Of a DNA stretch of 64,000 nucleotides, positions 58,403 to 64,000 are shown one piece after another. Where the stretch lies: the sequence record ON287376.1; one strand, given 5' to 3'. The translations under genes and the position numbers were made by a program. The notes under the pieces are model-generated. The model saw only the letters and a list, made by a program, of their open reading frames with translations. It did no database searches and was not told where the DNA came from. Position 1 is the first letter of the stretch. Each line of letters starts with the position of its first letter.

Positions 58403-58984
58403 ATGGGTGTTTCTGCAGATAAAACCGCTTTCTCTTTCGCTAAAGCTTTAGTAGTAGCGATGTTACTTTCCGGCGCTGTGATTGTAGGGGTTACAGTCGC
58501 ATACGTATCCGCTTACAATGAAGGTAATAAGAGCGAAGAACAAATCAAGTATCTGAATACTGAATCAGAGAACCGTCTGAGCTCCTACACGAACTCTGTG
58601 CTGGAGCAAGCACAAATTCCAGAGAAGTACAAGGACAACTTGAAAGACGTCCTTAAAACGGCTCTGGAAGCTCGTTATGGCGATACCGGTAATAAGTCTA
58701 CTATCTCCTTTATCCAGGAGCACGCAGTTAACTTCGACAGCAAGATGTACGAAAACATTCAGGCGACTATCAAGTCTGGCCGTGAGGAGTTCCGTATCTC
58801 TCAAACTCGTAAGATTGAAACCTGCCGTAACTACCGGACTTCCCTGGGTTACTTCTGGAAAGGGACTTTCTTGAAGTTTGCCGGTTATCCGAAAGTTAAC
58901 CTGGACGATGTCTGCGCCCTGGTGAGCGATGAGCGCTCCATGGAAGCATTCAAAACCAAAAAGACATCACCAATCAAACTGTAA
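58403..58984 (+). CDS. LemA-like membrane-anchored helical protein
   Basis: N-terminal TM followed by YN.....E..I helical bundle; SD aagga. Confidence 0.5.
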   Translation: MGVSADKTAFSFAKALVVAMLLSGAVIVGVTVAYVSAYNEGNKSEEQIKYLNTESENRLSSYTNSVLEQAQIPEKYKDNLKDVLKTALEARYGDTGNKSTISFIQEHAVNFDSKMYENIQATIKSGREEFRISQTRKIETCRNYRTSLGYFWKGTFLKFAGYPKVNLDDVCALVSDERSMEAFKTKKTSPIKL

Positions 58985-59050
58985 TAATAAAACCCTCAGA
59001 GAGCCGCTTACGCTCTCTGAGGGCCTATAACGTTTAATAGAGGAAGTGTA

Positions 59051-59608
59051 ATGGAAACTCGTATGGTCTTTAGTAACCTTCGTCGTACTGCGGGTAAGTT
59101 GTTCCGTAATGTAGGCTTTCGTGAGGAGGGTGCTCAAACTAACCTCAACTCACTGAATACGGCTCAGTACGAAGTAGTGACTTTCTTGAATCAGTCGCTT
59201 AATGCTGGCGTTAACAATATTATCAAAAGCATCGCCAGTGAGTCCACTGTAGAGGAAATGGCGCATTTATTCCGCCATGCCCATACGCTGGGTTTCCTAA
59301 AGTGCGATGTCGCCGTCCTGACCTGTAAGCGAGGTTTTCAGAAGGGGTCGTTCTACGTCTACCTTCATGAAGAAAGCCTGAGTAAGAAAGTTTACCTGGA
59401 ATGGGTAATTCATCAGGTAGGGCTGATGTGGGGAGTTAACCTTCCGATTAAGGTTGTAACTGACTGTCAGTACGTTAGCGACACTCGAGTTAACCCTAAT
59501 GAACTAAACGACCTCGATCACTTGAGTTTGTACTATCAACTCATCTCGTTTGGGGTAGATGTTTATCCTGGTAATGCTGATAAAGAATCGGCGTTCCTCA
59601 TTCAGTGA
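59051..59608 (+). CDS. hypothetical protein
   Basis: SD gagga. Confidence 0.6.
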   Translation: METRMVFSNLRRTAGKLFRNVGFREEGAQTNLNSLNTAQYEVVTFLNQSLNAGVNNIIKSIASESTVEEMAHLFRHAHTLGFLKCDVAVLTCKRGFQKGSFYVYLHEESLSKKVYLEWVIHQVGLMWGVNLPIKVVTDCQYVSDTRVNPNELNDLDHLSLYYQLISFGVDVYPGNADKESAFLIQ

Positions 59609-59612
59609 GGGT

Positions 59613-59999
59613 ATGATGTCAAGTGATATTATTACCGAGGTACTCATTAACCTAAATGAAGAGCTGGATCTTCGTAGGGTAGAATTGAGTCAGTGGTTGT
59701 TTGGTGAGGTCATGGATATTCCAGCTAGGGTTATGGTTGCGTCTGGGCTTTGTCATGGTTACGCTAAAATTGCCTCTGAACGTTTACTTGATCTAGGTGT
59801 GGTCGTTAGATTAGTCGGCTCGCCTACTCACGTATTCCTAACGGATGGAGAAAAGTACTACGATAGCATGTTAACTCAAGGTGCGGAATTAAGTCAGTTA
59901 ACTCGATGGAATAAACCTTTGATTGAATACGACGAAGATACTCTGATTAAAGAGTTCTACAGTTATCATGAAGGGTTAGTTTTGTTACGTAATAGTTAA
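59613..59999 (+). CDS. putative papain/transglutaminase-like (Cys-His-Asp) protein
   Basis: GLCHGYA ... THVFLTDG..YYD; SD gaggg; start approximate within track ORF 59559..59999. Confidence 0.45.
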   Translation: MMSSDIITEVLINLNEELDLRRVELSQWLFGEVMDIPARVMVASGLCHGYAKIASERLLDLGVVVRLVGSPTHVFLTDGEKYYDSMLTQGAELSQLTRWNKPLIEYDEDTLIKEFYSYHEGLVLLRNS

Positions 60000-60040
60000 C
60001 TCTCATTTTTTACGTACGTTTCAATTATGTGTCAGAACTT

Positions 60041-60124
60041 GGTCACGGCCCGGAGGGTCTGTGACTATTAGGGGTTTTAGAGTGAGCTAGGATGACCAAA
60101 GGGAAGACGAAGTGAGCTCCCTAA
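60041..60124 (+). ncRNA. repeated structured non-coding element, copy 2 of 3
   Basis: ggtcacggcccggagggtctgtgact-attagggg...ccctaa behind a ttttttacg motif. Confidence 0.6.
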
Positions 60125-60243
60125 ACGCGTGGATAATTAACCCCATTTAAACTAAATTGATATTCACTGGTAGATTAAGTTCTACTGGTGAGTATTGATC
60201 TATTTTGTAAAATTACCAATATACCTCCATTGGATCTCAGGTA

Positions 60244-60261
60244 TATATTACCAGATTGAAT
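60244..60261 (+). promoter_or_regulatory. early promoter for the 60.3-63.8 kb gene cluster
   Basis: ggatctca-ggta-tatattac-caga-ttgaat. Confidence 0.65.
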
Positions 60262-60317
60262 AGATTACTACAAAGAAGAATAATCTTTTAACTTAAAATT
60301 CAGGAGAAGGGTAAAAA

Positions 60318-60584
60318 ATGTCGCCATTTAAGAAAGTGTTAGTAGTACTCAAAGGCCATGTCATCGATAATGGGGTAACTGAACGCGAGTTTACTTTTGA
60401 CCCCAGTGATAGGAAAAGCATTAGCACTACTTCCGATACCATATGGGCGTTTATACGCACTGCTAGTTATGGTTGCGAAGATACCTCTATTTCAGATATT
60501 GAGAGCGCAATGGTTGCTGCAGCGGCTGTGGAAATACATCTCAATGAGGCCATCATGACCATTGAGCAAGTTGACGAGGATTAA
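60318..60584 (+). CDS. small early hypothetical protein
   Basis: SD aggag; resembles 61132..61392. Confidence 0.65.
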   Translation: MSPFKKVLVVLKGHVIDNGVTEREFTFDPSDRKSISTTSDTIWAFIRTASYGCEDTSISDIESAMVAAAAVEIHLNEAIMTIEQVDED

Positions 60585-60589
60585 AAGTA

Positions 60590-61132
60590 ATGAAACACTT
60601 ATCAATTACCGCTGGTTGGGGTAGCGTTAAGAACACTACGATCATCAGCTACGAAGATAATGATACCTTATCTCGTGGATTACTCCATGCGTTCATTAAC
60701 GAAGCAGGTGGGAGTTTCTGCCTGGATCATCTGGAAGCTATCGCTAAAGTGGTACGTGGCATTGTCAGCGGTGAACTGCGCACAGATGAGGATATCATTG
60801 TAGTCCCTTTTTACCTCACAGTTTCATACAGTCAGAATATTGCCACTTGGAATACGGCTGAATTTAAGTTGTTCGTAGATAACCGGTTAATCTTTAAATG
60901 GGATTTCGCATTAGATGTCACTGGTGACTTTAAAACTAGCTGGGCTGTACGTGCTTGGTTGGCTAAATCGATGACTTCGGTCGATCTGGGTTTAATGGAA
61001 CACGCAGTCACCATAACTCACCAGGTAAGGACAGCAGAAAATCTCAAGAAGCAACTAGTAGTAGAACGCTTTGTTATCAATGGTAAAGAAGTTATTGCCA
61101 ACGTGTCTAAAAGCTACCGAGGAGCTAAGTAA
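60590..61132 (+). CDS. early hypothetical protein
   Basis: SD gagga. Confidence 0.65.
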   Translation: MKHLSITAGWGSVKNTTIISYEDNDTLSRGLLHAFINEAGGSFCLDHLEAIAKVVRGIVSGELRTDEDIIVVPFYLTVSYSQNIATWNTAEFKLFVDNRLIFKWDFALDVTGDFKTSWAVRAWLAKSMTSVDLGLMEHAVTITHQVRTAENLKKQLVVERFVINGKEVIANVSKSYRGAK

Positions 61133-61392
61133 TGTCCAGAGAAAGTATCGTTAGTGTTACACTGAAATCCGAATACTGCGATGTTAGTGAGAAAGAGTTT
61201 TCTTACTACTGCGGCGAAGAGCGTTCTCTCATGTGCGTTGCTGATGAGATTGCTGAATGGATCGAAGAGTGTAGCGCAATGCTCTGCCCTGAGCCAGACG
61301 ACATCCAAGAGGCGTTGGAAAACCTTTATCTCAACGGCTCGTCTAAAATGGATACACTGGATGAAACGGAAGTCTTGTTCCGGAAAGTTTAA
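61132..61392 (+). CDS. small acidic early hypothetical protein
   Basis: SD aggag; TAATG coupling. Confidence 0.65.
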   Translation: MSRESIVSVTLKSEYCDVSEKEFSYYCGEERSLMCVADEIAEWIEECSAMLCPEPDDIQEALENLYLNGSSKMDTLDETEVLFRKV

Positions 61393-61403
61393 AGGAGCCT
61401 GTT

Positions 61404-61976
61404 GTGAAAAACAAAGAATACATTTTAACGGTTAAAGAAAACGTTATCCGCGTTAAGTTGCCGGGCGAGACTACGAAAGAAGAGTTCGTTCGCAAAGTCT
61501 CCAAAGAAATCCGTAAACAACTCAGCCGCGTGGCAAGTAAAGTCATCGTGGAAGGGTTGACGTCCCAATTACCGGAATACCTGGGTAAGTATTATCAGGA
61601 AACCGAGCAGTACAATTACGCGATGCTCTCAGCGGCTTATAACCTTTCGCTGTACGTTATCCCTATCGATGATACTCAGGTAGAATTAAAACCGGTTATA
61701 CGTTCTCTGGGAGCGTGTCGTGGGCACATTACGTACAAAGGTCAGAAGAGCCCGTTCATCCTCATGGAAGGAGATAGCCTGGAAGAGGCGGTAACAAAAG
61801 TCCATCGTCGCTTGGCTACTAAAATCAAGGAAACTAATTTCCCTGAAGACCTGGAACTAATCGAGTCAGGTCTAGCTAAAGATTCCATTACGGAAATCCT
61901 GAGCTACTTTGCAAACGATGGTGAGCGCGGGTCAACTATCGAACACCCGTGTGGCATCATTCTCTTTATCGAATAA
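61404..61976 (+). CDS. early hypothetical protein
   Basis: SD aaggag. Confidence 0.6.
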   Translation: MKNKEYILTVKENVIRVKLPGETTKEEFVRKVSKEIRKQLSRVASKVIVEGLTSQLPEYLGKYYQETEQYNYAMLSAAYNLSLYVIPIDDTQVELKPVIRSLGACRGHITYKGQKSPFILMEGDSLEEAVTKVHRRLATKIKETNFPEDLELIESGLAKDSITEILSYFANDGERGSTIEHPCGIILFIE

Positions 61977-61988
61977 TTACCTGGAGCA

Positions 61989-63143
61989 TTGAAAGTGAAA
62001 AAAGAAAAGATGGTTAAAGTAGAAATCGTAGTTAATGGTCAGCATCGCCTGACTCGTATTTTTGACGTCGATGACCTTAACGCTGTGTCAGATGCCATTG
62101 TGGAAAACAAAGAAGTATTCTCCGGTGACGAATTTAAACAATTAACCGATAACTACATGGAAAGCGTCAAGTGGCGTATTCGCGATGGCTTTATCGGTGT
62201 AATTGGACTCGGTACTTCACTGAACATTTCCGCCTGCGTATCCAAACCTACCGATCTGGAACTACAGCGCGTTAGCGTTTCTCTCCGAGCCCCTGGGAAT
62301 CTATCGACTCGATTGATCCGCACGATCTGCTATCGTGGTGAGATCCACGATATGTTCTCGCTGTTTAAAGTTAACTTACTTCGTAGACTGTCTTTGACGG
62401 CCAGGGCGTTTTTGAGCTCACTTAAGTACGAAGACTGGAGCAAACTACGTTCTGGGGATAATGAGTTAGCCCTCATGGGGAGTGACTACACGCTGGTAGT
62501 TACACCGGTAGGCCAACCTGCTGAGAAAATCGTTCAGATCTTCACGCCTGTGGAAATCAGAGAAATCATCGAGAGCCCGCAGGCAATTAAGAAGGATACT
62601 ATCGATTTGCCTCCGGAATTACTTGAGGCGATCGGTACGGTTTCTGAGTTACATCGCCGTAAAGCTCAGAACGGTGGTCGTTGGGAACTTCGGGAATTAG
62701 CTAATCCTGAATTACAATTGAAGGTATGTTCGGCCGCTGTTTCGCCAATCACGGATTGGGCCAGTAATACACTGCAATATCTCGTGTCCCCACGTCGGGT
62801 TGGTAAACATTCGGTGGAAGAGGTATTCAAAAAGCTATCGGCTCGGCACGAGGAACTTCAGGCACTATGTAAACGCGGCGAAGACATGAGTAAGGTCATC
62901 GTCTATCGTGGCTCCGCCGAGGCCAATGGTAAGAAGACCAACTTCGTTTTGACCTACGATATGGTCTACGGTAAACAAGAGGGGTTTAGCTGGGTCATCG
63001 ACCGCGTAGCTCGCCAGATTAAACGTAACTTGGGCGAAGACATTTCTCCTCCTATCCTCTATCATGCGTTCCATATCACTAACTTGGGGCACTGGGTAGA
63101 ATTAGTCCCTGGACTTAATATCCGCATTGAAGCTGTACTTTAA
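61989..63143 (+). CDS. early hypothetical multi-module protein
   Basis: SD ggag; repeated beta-beta-alpha modules. Confidence 0.6.
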   Translation: MKVKKEKMVKVEIVVNGQHRLTRIFDVDDLNAVSDAIVENKEVFSGDEFKQLTDNYMESVKWRIRDGFIGVIGLGTSLNISACVSKPTDLELQRVSVSLRAPGNLSTRLIRTICYRGEIHDMFSLFKVNLLRRLSLTARAFLSSLKYEDWSKLRSGDNELALMGSDYTLVVTPVGQPAEKIVQIFTPVEIREIIESPQAIKKDTIDLPPELLEAIGTVSELHRRKAQNGGRWELRELANPELQLKVCSAAVSPITDWASNTLQYLVSPRRVGKHSVEEVFKKLSARHEELQALCKRGEDMSKVIVYRGSAEANGKKTNFVLTYDMVYGKQEGFSWVIDRVARQIKRNLGEDISPPILYHAFHITNLGHWVELVPGLNIRIEAVL

Positions 63144-63207
63144 ACCCGTCATAGGCCCGTAGGATTAACCTACGGGCTACTATAATCTTTTTTAGAAGGA
63201 AAATAAA

Positions 63208-63801
63208 ATGAACTATCGTGGCAAAGTAAATGGCGATGAATACCTGGCATCTGTAGTTAAGTCTGTTCTGTTCTCTGGCTCGGTACCTGATGCAGATTCC
63301 CGCAGTGAACTTCATTGCGTTTCAGTTGCAATCCCTAAGTTCGATGTCATCAAAGAAGTTAAGTTCAACTTCGCCGGCGGGGCATCTTGCTTGGATGAAT
63401 ATCAATACCCCGTACGTGAGGTCTGTGAGACGCTACAGGCCATGGGCGTTAAAGGTGTCACTCTGGTAACCCAGAGACTTGTTCGTGCCTTAGAGGCTCG
63501 TCTGACGACGATTGTTCCAAACATGGATGACTTCTCCGTCGACCAGTATTGTGAATGGTTGAAAGTTACCATCCGTGAAAAGATTGCATTGTGCTATCCG
63601 GATATGTTAGCCGTGTATGTCGAACCTAACCCTGATCTGTTCGTTGAAGATGAGTTTGAACAACCTTGCCCTACCGATTCGGTCAATGTAGTTATGGCTG
63701 ATATGGTTGGTTCAGTATTCGGTTGTGAATTGTATTCGTGTACTTACTTCACGGATGATGGTGTTATCAATCCGTTATTCAAGTTTGTACTTAAACAGTA
63801 A
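63208..63801 (+). CDS. hypothetical protein
   Basis: SD aagga after a hairpin. Confidence 0.6.
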   Translation: MNYRGKVNGDEYLASVVKSVLFSGSVPDADSRSELHCVSVAIPKFDVIKEVKFNFAGGASCLDEYQYPVREVCETLQAMGVKGVTLVTQRLVRALEARLTTIVPNMDDFSVDQYCEWLKVTIREKIALCYPDMLAVYVEPNPDLFVEDEFEQPCPTDSVNVVMADMVGSVFGCELYSCTYFTDDGVINPLFKFVLKQ

Positions 63802-63856
63802 TAATCTCTCATTTTTTACGTCACTTCTCTTTAGTTTGTCAAAACAATACCACTCA

Positions 63857-63934
63857 GGTCACGGCCGTAGGCCTGTGACTAATAAGTACCCGTATGACTG
63901 AAGAACGTAGTGATGAAAGGAATACATCTTGGGT
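63857..63934 (+). ncRNA. repeated structured non-coding element, copy 3 of 3
   Basis: ggtcacggccgtaggcctgtgact hairpin; closing stem swapped to TACCC...GGGTA; 26/30 core identity with copy 1. Confidence 0.6.
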
Positions 63935-64000
63935 AAAAAGAGAGTTAAGTAAGGTTAAATTAACTCTATTGATAAAGAGTAATAATCATGAATAATACTC

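Noticed and set aside
1-64000. CRISPR arrays, transposases, integrases, reverse transcriptases, rRNA
   Set aside because: No regularly spaced direct repeats or diagnostic motifs were seen; the only tandem repeats are coding low-complexity tracts (GGGNSWGG, RD-rich).

Overview
This is a 64-kb segment of a nucleus-forming jumbo phage genome (phiKZ-related, Chimalliviridae-type). All assignments come from motifs, size and synteny read by eye; no searches were run. From left to right it carries: nucleotide-metabolism genes and an endolysin; the tail tube, sheath, structural and terminase block; an accessory region of small genes; PhuZ tubulin; a tightly coupled array of about ten small atypical genes; the family-B DNA polymerase subunit; chimallin (nuclear shell); the non-virion RNA polymerase subunits (beta' N-part, gp68-like, beta C-part, beta' C-part); an SbcD/Mre11-like nuclease; the probable PicA/Imp1 importer; an SF2 helicase; GNAT and DarG-like macrodomain genes; a membrane-protein pair; and an early-gene cluster. 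The phage nucleus itself is a known system. The most interesting unexplained signals are: (1) a structured non-coding element in three dispersed copies (about 19.6, 60.0 and 63.9 kb), each behind the same promoter-like motif, with a swapped closing stem and a purine-rich core that varies only every fourth base; (2) an ORF-less group I intron, missed by the ORF track, that splits the catalytic DFDG|D motif of the RNAP beta' subunit; (3) a 320-nt hairpin-rich non-coding tract behind phuZ; (4) the small-gene array between phuZ and the polymerase; (5) an SSB-tail-like protein and an Arg/Asp mixed-charge-tail protein in the import/transcription block; and (6) an unannotated 40-aa membrane microprotein directly behind the endolysin.
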